From assembly GCA_021129515.1 (NCBI GenBank), contig JAJOLD010000001.1, positions 257,217 through 321,216 on the forward strand: a DNA stretch of 64,000 bases. Direction: 5' to 3'. Under the pieces are notes generated by a model that was not told where the DNA came from, made no database searches, and worked only from the letters and a program-made list of their open reading frames with translations. Below, one piece after another: positions 26,397-35,305 of the stretch. Within the stretch, counting starts at the first letter, position 1, and the number at the start of each line of letters is the position of its first letter. The translations under genes were made by a program, and so were the position numbers. The stretch is from Minisyncoccota bacterium (GTDB lineage Bacteria; Patescibacteriota; Minisyncoccia; Phycocordibacterales; UBA918).

Positions 26397-28502
26397 CTAT
26401 ACATCAATCTCAGCATTGAGTGCATTTGTCTGAATGAATGACTTACGGCTCGACACATCGGTACCCATGAGAATATCGAAGACTTTATCAGCACCTTGCG
26501 CATCTTCGATAGTCACCTGCTTCAAGATACGATTCTCAGGATTCATAGAGGTCTCCCAGAGCTCTTCGGGGTTCATTTCACCAAGACCCTTGTAGCGCTG
26601 AATACGAAACTTTGATGATTTCTTTGCAGCCTCTTCTTCATTCGCGTCTTCTTCAGGAGTTTCATCATCATCTGCAGATGGCTCTTCCTCTCCTACAATG
26701 GCAAGTTTCTCAGCTTCGGTATACGCATACCAGATTTCCTTCCCTTTTTGAATCTTATACAGCGGCGGTTGCGCAATATAGAGATAGCCGCCATCGATAA
26801 TTGGTCTAAAGTAGCGGTAGAACAGCGTGAGCAAGAGCGTGGTAATATGTGCGCCGTCAACGTCAGCATCGGTCGCAATAATAACCTTGTGGTAGCGGAG
26901 CTTTTCCATATCAAACACATCCCCAATTGCAGTACCCATGGCAATCACGAGGTTCTTGATTTGCTCTGACGCGAGCATTTTATCGAGTCGTGCACGCTCC
27001 ACGTTCAGAATCTTACCGCGCAGTGGCAAAATCGCCTGTGTACGTCTATCGCGCCCCATCTTCGCTGAACCACCCGCAGAGTCTCCCTCTACAATAAAGA
27101 TTTCAGATTCCTCGGCACTCTTGGTCTGACAGTCAGCGAGCTTGCCCGGCAGGGTCATACCCTCAAGCGCACCTTTACGAAGTACTGAGTCTTTTGCAGC
27201 CTTCGCAGCCTTGCGCGCCTTCACCGCAATGATGACCTTATTAATCATCTGCTTTGCATCATCAGGATGTTCTTCGAGAAATTCCTGAAATGCCTCACTA
27301 AAGACCGATTCCACCGCACCACGTGCTTCGACCGAACCAAGCTTCGCCTTTGTTTGTCCCTCAAACTGAATCTCAGGCATTTTTATTGATATCACCGCAG
27401 TGATACCCTCAAGCACATCGTCTCCAGTAAAGGTACCATCTTTTTCTTTGATGAGATTATTTTTCTTTCCGTATGAGTTAAGCGTTCGCGTGAGTGCTGT
27501 TTTAAAACCAGTGACATGCGTACCGTGTTCTGGGTTGTAGATATTGTTTGCAAACGCACTGATACGTGCAGAAATATCATCAACATACTGTAGTGCAATT
27601 TCAACACCAAGTACCTTTTCATCGATATCTTTGCGTTCAACATAAAAGATATTTTTATGCACTGCTTTTTGATGTTGGTTATTGAATGCCACCAGTGACC
27701 GCAACCCCCCTTCAAAGTAGAAGGTCATTGTAGGTGCTTCAATACGGAGGTCGTCAATGTAGACAGTGTCCTGGAGTGACTTTGGATCGAGTTTCACATC
27801 ACTCTCCCGAGCATCAATCACGGTGAGCCGCATTCCCTTCACCAAGTATGCCTGCTGCCGAAGATGGTTCACAATTTTTTTCCAGCTATAGGTAATCTCT
27901 GGGAAAATATCAGGATCAGCTTGAAATGCCACAATAGTGCCCTGGAATTTTGTCTTACCTAGCTTCTTTACTTTTGCTTTTGCCTTTCCAATATTGTATT
28001 CCTGCATGTACTGGAAGCCGTCTTTGTGGACATCAACACGCGTATGTGTCGATAGTGCATTCACCACAGACACACCCACACCATGGAGTCCACCAGACAC
28101 CTTATACCCGGAGTCCTCACCACCGAATTTACCTCCAGCGTGGAGTGTTGTCATAATGGTCTCAAGCGCAGACACCTTTGTCTGTTTGTGTATATCAACC
28201 GGAATACCTCGACCGTTATCGACAACCCGAATGTAGTTGTCGGGCAAGAGCGTCACTTCAACCGTATCGGCAAAACCACCCATGGCTTCATCGCGAGCAT
28301 TATCAAAAATCTCCCAAATCATGTGGTGGAGACCTTCAGGACCCGTCGTACCGATGTACATCCCCGGACGCTTTCGTACCGGCTCCAACCCCTCAAGGAC
28401 TGAAATAGCTGATGCGTCGTATCCTTTCTTTTTACTTGCCCGTGCGTTTTTAGGCGCTTTAGGGGTTGCTTTCTTTGCTGTTTTTGTGGCTTTTTTAGGC
28501 AT
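26397..28502 (-). CDS. gyrB: DNA gyrase subunit B (or topoisomerase IV ParE) with a Lys-rich N-terminal extension
   Basis: GHKL ATPase region (GLHHMIWEIFDNARDE, GGLHGVGVSVVNALS) and TOPRIM (EGDSAGGSAKMGRDRRTQAILPLRGKILNV). No gyrA is adjacent. Confidence 0.92.
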   Translation of the reverse strand: MPKKATKTAKKATPKAPKNARASKKKGYDASAISVLEGLEPVRKRPGMYIGTTGPEGLHHMIWEIFDNARDEAMGGFADTVEVTLLPDNYIRVVDNGRGIPVDIHKQTKVSALETIMTTLHAGGKFGGEDSGYKVSGGLHGVGVSVVNALSTHTRVDVHKDGFQYMQEYNIGKAKAKVKKLGKTKFQGTIVAFQADPDIFPEITYSWKKIVNHLRQQAYLVKGMRLTVIDARESDVKLDPKSLQDTVYIDDLRIEAPTMTFYFEGGLRSLVAFNNQHQKAVHKNIFYVERKDIDEKVLGVEIALQYVDDISARISAFANNIYNPEHGTHVTGFKTALTRTLNSYGKKNNLIKEKDGTFTGDDVLEGITAVISIKMPEIQFEGQTKAKLGSVEARGAVESVFSEAFQEFLEEHPDDAKQMINKVIIAVKARKAAKAAKDSVLRKGALEGMTLPGKLADCQTKSAEESEIFIVEGDSAGGSAKMGRDRRTQAILPLRGKILNVERARLDKMLASEQIKNLVIAMGTAIGDVFDMEKLRYHKVIIATDADVDGAHITTLLLTLFYRYFRPIIDGGYLYIAQPPLYKIQKGKEIWYAYTEAEKLAIVGEEEPSADDDETPEEDANEEEAAKKSSKFRIQRYKGLGEMNPEELWETSMNPENRILKQVTIEDAQGADKVFDILMGTDVSSRKSFIQTNALNAEIDV

Positions 28503-28622
28503 ATCGTATAGGCATAAATAAAACGAGCTCTAGAGCTCAACAAACGCACCCCACAACAAACCAATCAAGAGTGCTTTCCAAAGTGGTTTCTTGTGGGAGT
28601 GCTTTTCGAGACCAATTATACC

Positions 28623-28650
28623 AAAAAAACAGGCAATTTGCCTGTTTTAT
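28623..28650 (-). terminator. terminator (AAACAGGC-AATT-TGCCTGTTT) downstream of gene 28678-29889
   Basis: Hairpin with an A-run and a T-run. Confidence 0.65.
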
Positions 28651-28677
28651 TTGTGGGATAATACGTATAAAACAAGC

Positions 28678-29889
28678 TTATTCTTCAAGAATCATTTGAT
28701 AGATAAGTGTCCCGTCATACACATACACCGAACCATTTTCAATACGTGCATCAAGTCCTGCACCACGCACTAACGGCTGCATGTTTTGCCATGCACGATT
28801 ATCAACTTCAACCACATAGACACCACTATTCAGAACAAGCAACACAAGGTTGGTGTTCCCCAAGAAAAAGTCAAAGTAGCGGACAGGTTCATAGTGTGGA
28901 CCAATTTCAATAATAGGCTCACACGTACTATCATCTGCCACCGTTTGTATTGGGTGTATAAACTCAACCACCTCGGGCTCTTCAGGAACTTGCTCAAGTG
29001 AAATCAACGATGGCGCTACTATATCTCCTTCTGCAACACTGGTGGTAGTGCTATAGCGTGCAAAGGGTTCAGCACAGTAGTAATAGGGCATTTGCTCACC
29101 AGCGCCAACCCATCGAGCAAAGAGTCGATTATCAGATTCATAGAGCCGCACACCACGACTTTCTTTTGTTGTCGTCGCGACCGTGTCGGTACTAGTTGCC
29201 GTTGTGGTCGCAGGCTGCAGTAGTGGCAAATTGATACCCGGAATTCCCACATCAGCATCGGTCGTTGATGTAGCAAACAAGGCAATCAACGCACCAAACT
29301 CCTGATTACGCTCAGTCTGTTCGGTAATTGTGGTGGTTGTTGCTATATACAGTGGGTTTGTGGTCGACGCAACAAGGAGTGACGATGTCGCAACCGGTAG
29401 GCCGGTATCATTGTCCGGAGTGGTAATGAGCAACGGCGTAATCACACGCGCCCGAGGCACCAGCGGCAAGTTAAATGCTTCTGCCTCGGTCACAATATGC
29501 GCATACACTGGCAACTCCTTTACCCACGTATGAAACCCTTCCCGCTGTACAGTCACTCGATGTGTCTTTGGGACCAAACTTTGGGCATAAAACGCTTGTC
29601 GGAATACTCGTGACTCTGGCACAATCTCATCATCAATATAAATGGCGGTTCCTTCTCGCTCCGCAGCAATATACATACCGCCCGTGCTCACAATATTAGT
29701 TGTCCCTCCTAACTGGATACGATATCCCGTTGCATACAGATACAAAAATGGAATCAGCACAACAAATAACGTCACCAACGCAAGGAACGCTGTATGTCGG
29801 TGCCGAATAGAGAGTGGTTCTTGAGGTTCTGTGTGCATATGTATATACAGCCTATCACTTTTTATGCGCGATGTTTTGGTGTTACCCAA
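28678..29889 (-). CDS. hypothetical membrane-anchored protein with a PEGA-like domain
   Basis: N-terminal TM. SLVPKTHRVTVQREGFHTWVKEL resembles a PEGA domain. A Thr-rich segment is present. Confidence 0.6.
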   Translation of the reverse strand: MGNTKTSRIKSDRLYIHMHTEPQEPLSIRHRHTAFLALVTLFVVLIPFLYLYATGYRIQLGGTTNIVSTGGMYIAAEREGTAIYIDDEIVPESRVFRQAFYAQSLVPKTHRVTVQREGFHTWVKELPVYAHIVTEAEAFNLPLVPRARVITPLLITTPDNDTGLPVATSSLLVASTTNPLYIATTTTITEQTERNQEFGALIALFATSTTDADVGIPGINLPLLQPATTTATSTDTVATTTKESRGVRLYESDNRLFARWVGAGEQMPYYYCAEPFARYSTTTSVAEGDIVAPSLISLEQVPEEPEVVEFIHPIQTVADDSTCEPIIEIGPHYEPVRYFDFFLGNTNLVLLVLNSGVYVVEVDNRAWQNMQPLVRGAGLDARIENGSVYVYDGTLIYQMILEE

Positions 29890-31430
29890 AATCCCATGTA
29901 TTTTCCAAACATAAGGCGCGTCTGCGCATCAAGACCTGGAATAGCACTAAAGACAATCATAGTAAATGGTACCAATATCCACTGCAGCATAAGGACAATA
30001 TACATAAATCGACTTTTTTCTTTAGGGCGCGGTGGCAAGAGTGTCAACGAAATCATGGAGGATACCACCAACCCAAACATAGAAATAGTCAGCAGGTCAC
30101 GCACCATGAGTGGCAGGTTGTACGACAAGACGGTCTCATGAAAGACGCGCCCGCCGAAGAAAATCGGTGTCCATCCCAAAATAAAGAGCATAATCGGATT
30201 GGTCACCAGGGACCAATATCCTTCTGCTTGCTGCAGACCAATTTTAATACGTGTACCGAGTGGAATATTTTTGTTCTTGGTGAAGTGATACACAATGTAT
30301 ACAAAATTCTCCACTCCATAGGTCCAACGGCGATGTTGTTTGTAGATATTTTTTACCGTTCCCCACAACGTTGGCGCAACGTTTGCGTCCATCGATACGG
30401 GATACGAAAGAGGCACCACATCATACTCCCCATCATTTGCCATCAGCAGATTCCAAAAAATACGTGAGTCTTCACTCACCATGTTTGTTTGCCAATACCC
30501 AATCTCATAGAGTGCTTGAAAACTCACTGAGTGTGAGGAGAACGTCGCCATACGTTCGGGGCGTTCCTGTTGCACCATCTCCCAAAATGTACTCGACATA
30601 CCGACCACACGACCAAATGCAGACGCTTCCCATATGTTGTTGTTGAAGAGTGGTACTGGCTGGAATGAGGTCTTGAGCGGACGCTTTGCCGTCATAAAGT
30701 GCCAAATGAGACAGTTGAAATAATCAGGATACACCACACTATCAATATCAAAAATAGACACCAATGCATGATTGTACCGGATACCATGTGGATCCAACAC
30801 CTTCCGTCTCAGCTGCTCAATGGCATAGGTAGCATTTGCACCTTTTCCTGCAAGCTCTCCAACTGTATCAGCGGGGTGTGTCGTAATAAGGAAATACGCA
30901 AACATATCACCCCACTTCTCTTTCATTGCAGCCGCAACCGCTTGTGCCGATTCACCCGCGCGAGCTTCCGCTGCTAAGACCACAATGACATTCTTTTTGT
31001 CATATTTAATCTTTGCAAGTGCGGTAAGTGTGGCATCAACTACTTCTTCTGACTCCTGATAAAACGGTAAAATAACAATCTGATACAGATGCCCATATTC
31101 AAAGCGAGCAACCATGTGCTCCCAGTCAAGTGACATGTGGTACCGCAGTCGTTTCCAGTTATATCGAAGATGATAGGAAAGAAACGCAGTCTTCAAAACC
31201 CAAAAGACCGCGAAGGCAATAATGAAATACGCCGCAATAAATGGTGCGTAGATAGAAAGCAGCACCACACCAATAAGTGTGGTCCATGAGGCTACACCGG
31301 GAAGCATTTCGAGCGCTCGATAAAAAACACGGTCCCTACCAGAAAGATCCGTAGCACGACCCACCTTAAAATCCTCCCGCTGTGCATACGGAAGCAATTG
31401 TGGTTTTGATACCTTTTTACGCGACGCCAT
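29862..31430 (-). CDS. family 2 glycosyltransferase, integral membrane, processive-synthase-like (QxxRW motif)
   Basis: Multiple TM helices flank a GT-A domain. The QHRRWTYG (Q-x-x-R-W) motif is typical of cellulose/chitin/hyaluronan-synthase-like GT2 enzymes. Confidence 0.82.
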   Translation of the reverse strand: MASRKKVSKPQLLPYAQREDFKVGRATDLSGRDRVFYRALEMLPGVASWTTLIGVVLLSIYAPFIAAYFIIAFAVFWVLKTAFLSYHLRYNWKRLRYHMSLDWEHMVARFEYGHLYQIVILPFYQESEEVVDATLTALAKIKYDKKNVIVVLAAEARAGESAQAVAAAMKEKWGDMFAYFLITTHPADTVGELAGKGANATYAIEQLRRKVLDPHGIRYNHALVSIFDIDSVVYPDYFNCLIWHFMTAKRPLKTSFQPVPLFNNNIWEASAFGRVVGMSSTFWEMVQQERPERMATFSSHSVSFQALYEIGYWQTNMVSEDSRIFWNLLMANDGEYDVVPLSYPVSMDANVAPTLWGTVKNIYKQHRRWTYGVENFVYIVYHFTKNKNIPLGTRIKIGLQQAEGYWSLVTNPIMLFILGWTPIFFGGRVFHETVLSYNLPLMVRDLLTISMFGLVVSSMISLTLLPPRPKEKSRFMYIVLMLQWILVPFTMIVFSAIPGLDAQTRLMFGKYMGFWVTPKHRA

Positions 31431-31534
31431 AATGGAGTGAGTATAGCCCTATTTTACGTAAATACAAGAGTGTATACGCATTAGTCCAAATGGTCTTAGG
31501 GAGTCTCTGAATATTACGTCCTCTGGGTATACCT

Positions 31535-31609
31535 CTGGATTGCTTCGGCTCTACCCGCAATGACGGACGCCCGAAGGGCGTCATTGCGAGTGGATGCGAA
31601 GCAATCCAG
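31535..31609. repeat. nested long imperfect palindromic element (CTGGATTGCTTCG ... GACGCCC-GAA-GGGCGTC ... CGAAGCAATCCAG)
   Basis: Outer 13-bp perfect inverted repeat, an inner GTCATTGCGAG/CGCAATGAC pair, and an innermost 7-bp stem. It is homologous to the elements at 17835-17909 and 47611-47660. Confidence 0.75.
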
Positions 31610-31802
31610 GGTCATGTTGCCTTGCTCAACTTTTTGTCACAGTGGATTCGGCGTCCAACTTTAGTTCACTATTCTGAGCGTCACGGATTGCTAAGCACTC
31701 TCTAGATTCGGCGTCCGCCAGTAATTCGCTGACGCTCATAACTAGCACCTGCCCAGGTTCACTGGTTCGGCGCTATAGGTAAGCGCCTCACATCGTGAAC
31801 CT

Positions 31803-31827
31803 TTCGAATCTGAGAGGTGGCTCAGAG
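31803..31827 (+). other. 25-nt inverted copy of the tRNA-Thr 3' end (T-loop through acceptor and discriminator: TTCGAATCTGAGAGGTGGCTCAGAG)
   Basis: Identical to the reverse complement of 31879-31903. The two copies flank the tRNA terminator hairpin. Confidence 0.8.
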
Positions 31828-31848
31828 GTATGCGAATACCTTCGCATA

Positions 31849-31878
31849 CAAAAAAGACAGCTGGCGCTGTCTTTTTTA
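31849..31878 (-). terminator. bidirectional terminator (AAAAAAGACAGC-TGGC-GCTGTCTTTTTT) immediately 3' of tRNA-Thr
   Basis: Perfect stem with A/T runs. Confidence 0.85.
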
Positions 31879-31883
31879 CTCTG

Positions 31884-31957
31884 AGCCACCTCTCAGATTC
31901 GAACTGAGGACCTACGGTTTACAAAACCGTTGCTCTAACCAACTGAGCTAAGGTGGC
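31884..31957 (-). tRNA. tRNA-Thr (anticodon UGU); CCA is not encoded
   Basis: Manual fold: acceptor GCCACCT/AGGTGGC, D-arm GCTC-AGTTGGTTA-GAGC, anticodon arm ACGGT-TTTGTAA-ACCGT, variable loop AGGTC, T-arm CTCAG-TTCGAAT-CTGAG, discriminator U. Confidence 0.88.
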
Positions 31958-32006
31958 GTATGAAATTGTGACTACTTACTTATTATCAAGTGGTCAAAGC
32001 GATTTT

Positions 32007-32019
32007 GCAACGGTTTTGT
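32007..32019 (+). other. plus-strand copy of the tRNA-Thr D-stem/anticodon-stem 13-mer GCAACGGTTTTGT
   Basis: The tRNA itself is on the minus strand. A further GCAACGGTT copy lies at 32127-32135. Confidence 0.7.
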
Positions 32020-32055
32020 AACAAAACTTTAAAAGAATATCCCATATTCTTTTAA

Positions 32056-32080
32056 CTCTAACCAACTGAGCTAAGCTGGC
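32056..32080 (-). other. tRNA 5'-half fragment (GCCAGCTTAGCTCAGTTGGTTAGAG: acceptor 5' strand plus D-arm) with no cognate 3' half
   Basis: It matches positions 1-25 of the neighbouring tRNA-Thr except at 1-2 bases. It is followed by unrelated hairpin sequence. Confidence 0.7.
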
Positions 32081-32212
32081 AATATTTTATTTTACATACT
32101 TCTACACTTTGCAGACGGTTTTGAATGCAACGGTTCAGGTATAAAAAATGCGCGAAAGCGCTCCGCTATTATGCGAAAAAATGAGTAAAAATGCAACCCA
32201 TATATGAATATG

Positions 32213-32240
32213 AAAAATGCCGCTTACTCAGCGGCATTTT
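32213..32240 (-). terminator. terminator (AAAAATGCCGC-TTACTCA-GCGGCATTTT) downstream of gene 32246-32638
   Basis: Stem with an A-run and a T-run. Confidence 0.8.
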
Positions 32241-32245
32241 GAGTA

Positions 32246-32638
32246 TTACTCAGTATCAGCAAATGCAGACTCAACGGTATTCGACCAACGAGCCTCCACA
32301 TCAGTGCCACTAAAATATTGATGTTTGATTGTGAATATAAACCAAAGCAATGATTGCATACCGCAATCAGCTATAGTGTAGCTTGATGTTCCTCTAGATA
32401 GTCGTAATACGGTATACACCATACAGGCATATCCAACCCCTAAAACATACACCGCAAGCCACGTATATACCACAACGGGCGTATAGTTAGCTCCAATCAA
32501 ATGCACATCAAAGTTAAAAAATGGCTCAGCCACAAATATAATTACACCAATCCCAATCATTCCGATAACCGGCATACACTGAGCAACAAATACATTACAT
32601 CGAACGAACAGATCTCTCATCGATTCCTCCTCAGACAC
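32246..32638 (-). CDS. hypothetical integral membrane protein (3-4 TM)
   Basis: Hydrophobic segments only; no family assignment. Confidence 0.5.
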   Translation of the reverse strand: MSEEESMRDLFVRCNVFVAQCMPVIGMIGIGVIIFVAEPFFNFDVHLIGANYTPVVVYTWLAVYVLGVGYACMVYTVLRLSRGTSSYTIADCGMQSLLWFIFTIKHQYFSGTDVEARWSNTVESAFADTE

Positions 32639-32700
32639 TCGATGGGTTAGAAAACAGCCCGCATCATAGCGTATTGCTGCGGGCTGTCAATGATTGCTAT

Positions 32701-33084
32701 TCAGTATAGCTGTGCATCCAAAAACTCCTTCACACTTTCAATATCCTTCTCCTCTGGATCGAAGTAGTGCGTCAAAATCCCCGCATCTTCTGCTGCTTGC
32801 GCCGCAGTCGGACTATGTTCAATATAGACCACTTGTTCAGGAGTCAGTTTGTAATGCTCGAGCACACCCTCATAATACTCTGGCTCTGATTTCGGATATA
32901 CCTTTCGCGTGTATACCTCATATGGCATTTCATCGAGGTGGAGTGATGGTGCTTTTGCGTCATCAGCGTTGGTCAAAATAATTTTTGTATTCTCGTACTC
33001 ATCGAGCAATTCATGCAGCGGACCTGAAATACCCTCTGTTTCAGTCACAAATGTTTGTAGTGCATCTACCAAAATTGTTTTCAT
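32701..33084 (-). CDS. small HAD-superfamily hydrolase-like protein, possibly degenerate
   Basis: The N-terminus MKTILVDALQTFV resembles HAD motif I. The C-terminus VVYIEHSPTAAQAAEDAGILTHYFD resembles HAD motifs III/IV. Confidence 0.5.
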   Translation of the reverse strand: MKTILVDALQTFVTETEGISGPLHELLDEYENTKIILTNADDAKAPSLHLDEMPYEVYTRKVYPKSEPEYYEGVLEHYKLTPEQVVYIEHSPTAAQAAEDAGILTHYFDPEEKDIESVKEFLDAQLY

Positions 33085-33235
33085 CCCGTTAAAGTTTATT
33101 GATTAATAAATATTACTTTTACAGTACCACCTCAACATCTTTGTTCCTGATTCACATCCCAGTATTTTTTATAAACTCTAACGGGATTCATATACTTCTA
33201 GTATACAAAATAATCGAACAGGAGTCTCCGTTCGA

Positions 33236-33667
33236 TTATGTTTTACCCAGCAAGGCGTCTTCTTTATGTTTTTGTTTTTCTTCCTCAGTGAGCGCCACCG
33301 ACTGTTTGTGTGCCTGTATCTCATCAAGCTTATTACGTGCTGTTCGCTCCTCTGTAGCAATCCGATGTGCCGTCTCTTTGTTGCGCACTAATGCTGTTTT
33401 TATCCATTGCTCAAATCCACGCACCAGTGATAATATCAGCACAAGTACCTTATGAAAGAGATAGTGTAGCGAACCTCGGAGTGCATCACGACGTACATAC
33501 GCAAATACCCCATCAAGATATTGAGCAGCCGCGATAATGACACGATCAAAAAACATGCGGGGCGTCTTCAGGAACCGTGTACCACGACGCGCTTCTAGTC
33601 GATACAAAAGTACAAGCAGTATGATACTGCTTGTACTTGCAATCATGCCAATGACCGGAGCTATCAT
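33236..33667 (-). CDS. hypothetical membrane-anchored coiled-coil protein
   Basis: N-terminal TM. The C-terminal half is charged and helical. Confidence 0.45.
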   Translation of the reverse strand: MIAPVIGMIASTSSIILLVLLYRLEARRGTRFLKTPRMFFDRVIIAAAQYLDGVFAYVRRDALRGSLHYLFHKVLVLILSLVRGFEQWIKTALVRNKETAHRIATEERTARNKLDEIQAHKQSVALTEEEKQKHKEDALLGKT

Positions 33668-33671
33668 GCTG

Positions 33672-34256
33672 TTATTTTACCGAAACTCGTGAGATTTCTG
33701 AAATAACAACATTCTCACCAAACTTTTGAACTGCACCAGTGACGAGGTCACCGATGGTTTTGTCAGGATCTTTGATGAATGGCTGCTCCATGAGCACAAA
33801 TTCTTTGAAGTATGAGCCAAGCTTTCCTTCGAGGATTTTTTCCTGCATTTCTGCCGGCTTATCCTGTACTTCTTCTGCAAACACTTCGCGTGCTTTTGCC
33901 ATAGCGGCTTCATCCACATCGTCGCGCGAGATGAACTTTGGCGCCTGTGCTGCGACATGCATAGCAATGTCACGTGAGAGTGCAATAAATTCCTCATTCT
34001 TCGCCACAAAGTCAGTCTCACATGCAAGGTTTACAAGCGCAGCAACTTCGTTAGTAGTGTGCACATATGCGCCAATCGCACCCGCGCCGAGTTCGCGGTC
34101 CGATTTCTTTGCTGCAGCTTCTCCACTTTTTTTGCTGAGAAGAATTTTTGCTTTTGCCATGTCTCCCTCAGCCTCTTCGAGTGCCTTCTTGCACTGCATC
34201 ACTGAGATACCAGTTTCATCACGAAGTGATTTTATCTGTTCTGATGTAATTTCCAT
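33672..34256 (-). CDS. tsf: elongation factor Ts, short form
   Basis: N-terminal UBA-like EITSEQIKSLRDETGISVMQCKKALEEAEGDMAKAKILL. Located downstream of rpsB. Confidence 0.93.
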   Translation of the reverse strand: MEITSEQIKSLRDETGISVMQCKKALEEAEGDMAKAKILLSKKSGEAAAKKSDRELGAGAIGAYVHTTNEVAALVNLACETDFVAKNEEFIALSRDIAMHVAAQAPKFISRDDVDEAAMAKAREVFAEEVQDKPAEMQEKILEGKLGSYFKEFVLMEQPFIKDPDKTIGDLVTGAVQKFGENVVISEISRVSVK

Positions 34257-34297
34257 AGTAAATAAGAACGAGTTAATACGTATAGATGTTGGGTAGA

Positions 34298-35062
34298 TTA
34301 CCCACGAGTGTGCCGACGGTTGTCTTCACGCTTTGGAGGTACATACTCTGCTTTCCCTGCAGTGTATGCAGCGGTCAATTCTTCAAGTACGAGCGTTACA
34401 CTTGACTGGAGTGCATCGTTTACCACCACTGGGTGCTTAAGGTTCCGTAGGTTGTAGTCCGAGCTGGTAACACCAACAACAGGGATGTTGAGATCGTTTG
34501 CTTCCTGCACCGCAATTTCGTTGTGACGTGGATCTACCACAAGGAGCATTTGTGGAAGCCGTTCGAGTGTCTTCATGCCACCAAAGTTGAAGTTAAGCTT
34601 TTCAAGTTCGCGACCAATCACCACACGCTCTTTCTTAGTGTATTTGCGTTCAAGCTCTCCCTGCTCACCCTGCTCGGTCAAATCAGTTAAACGAGCAATA
34701 CGACGCTTGATTTCAGAGAAGTTGGTGAGCATACCACCAATCCATCGGTTGGTTACGTATGGCATCTCAGCCTGCTCAGCAAACTGCTTTACAATGGTTG
34801 CTACTTCATCTTTTGAACCCACAAAAAGGACAGTTTTTCCTGCCTTTCCAGCTTCATTGAGGGCAGCTTTTGCCTCTTCGAGCAATACACTAGTCTTTTC
34901 GAGATCGAAAATATCAGTACCCTGCTTACTCCCAAATAGGTATGGAACAACGGTTGGGTGCCGTCGTGACTTAGTGAAGCCAAAGTGTGCTCCAGCAGCA
35001 AACAAGCGCTCAATAAGCGATTGATTTCCGGTTGTGTTATTAGTTTTTGTCTCGGTATTCAT
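34298..35062 (-). CDS. rpsB: 30S ribosomal protein S2
   Basis: LFAAGAHFGFTKSRRHPTVVPYLFG and downstream S2 motifs. Confidence 0.95.
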   Translation of the reverse strand: MNTETKTNNTTGNQSLIERLFAAGAHFGFTKSRRHPTVVPYLFGSKQGTDIFDLEKTSVLLEEAKAALNEAGKAGKTVLFVGSKDEVATIVKQFAEQAEMPYVTNRWIGGMLTNFSEIKRRIARLTDLTEQGEQGELERKYTKKERVVIGRELEKLNFNFGGMKTLERLPQMLLVVDPRHNEIAVQEANDLNIPVVGVTSSDYNLRNLKHPVVVNDALQSSVTLVLEELTAAYTAGKAEYVPPKREDNRRHTRG

Positions 35063-35174
35063 AATTTAAAAAATGCGCGCATGCGCAGCAATTGGCACAA
35101 ATGTAGCACAGCAAACCTTATTCTGCAACAACATTTTAGGATACGCACTAGATTTAGAACTGGACGCAATGCCT

Positions 35175-35220
35175 CTATATTATCCGAATCATTAGGTACC
35201 TAATGATTCGGATAATATAG
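35175..35220. repeat. 46-nt perfect palindrome (CTATATTATCCGAATCATTAGGT | ACCTAATGATTCGGATAATATAG) between the rpsB start and the yafQ stop
   Basis: Both 23-nt arms are exact reverse complements. No U-tract is present. Confidence 0.8.
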
Positions 35221-35305
35221 ATGCGTACTTTGAGAAGCAATTAAAGTAACAAACACCACCTGCAGAAAAGATATGTACCACCCGCAGGGTTTTAATACTG
35301 TATTT

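Noticed and set aside
28525-28538. 14-bp palindrome GAGCTCTAGAGCTC upstream of gyrB as a restriction-modification or operator site
   Set aside because: It is a single short palindrome with no nearby regulator or RM genes. Chance occurrence cannot be excluded, so it was not reported as a finding.
31740-31830. Possibility that the plus-strand copy of the tRNA 3' end (31803-31827) is the 3' end of a plus-strand tRNA or of tmRNA (ssrA)
   Set aside because: No complementary 5' acceptor strand (GCCACCT) exists at tRNA or tmRNA distance upstream. No tmRNA tag-reading frame or pseudoknot-like sequence was seen. tmRNA would not share an identical acceptor/T-arm with tRNA-Thr. It is better explained as a duplicated fragment.
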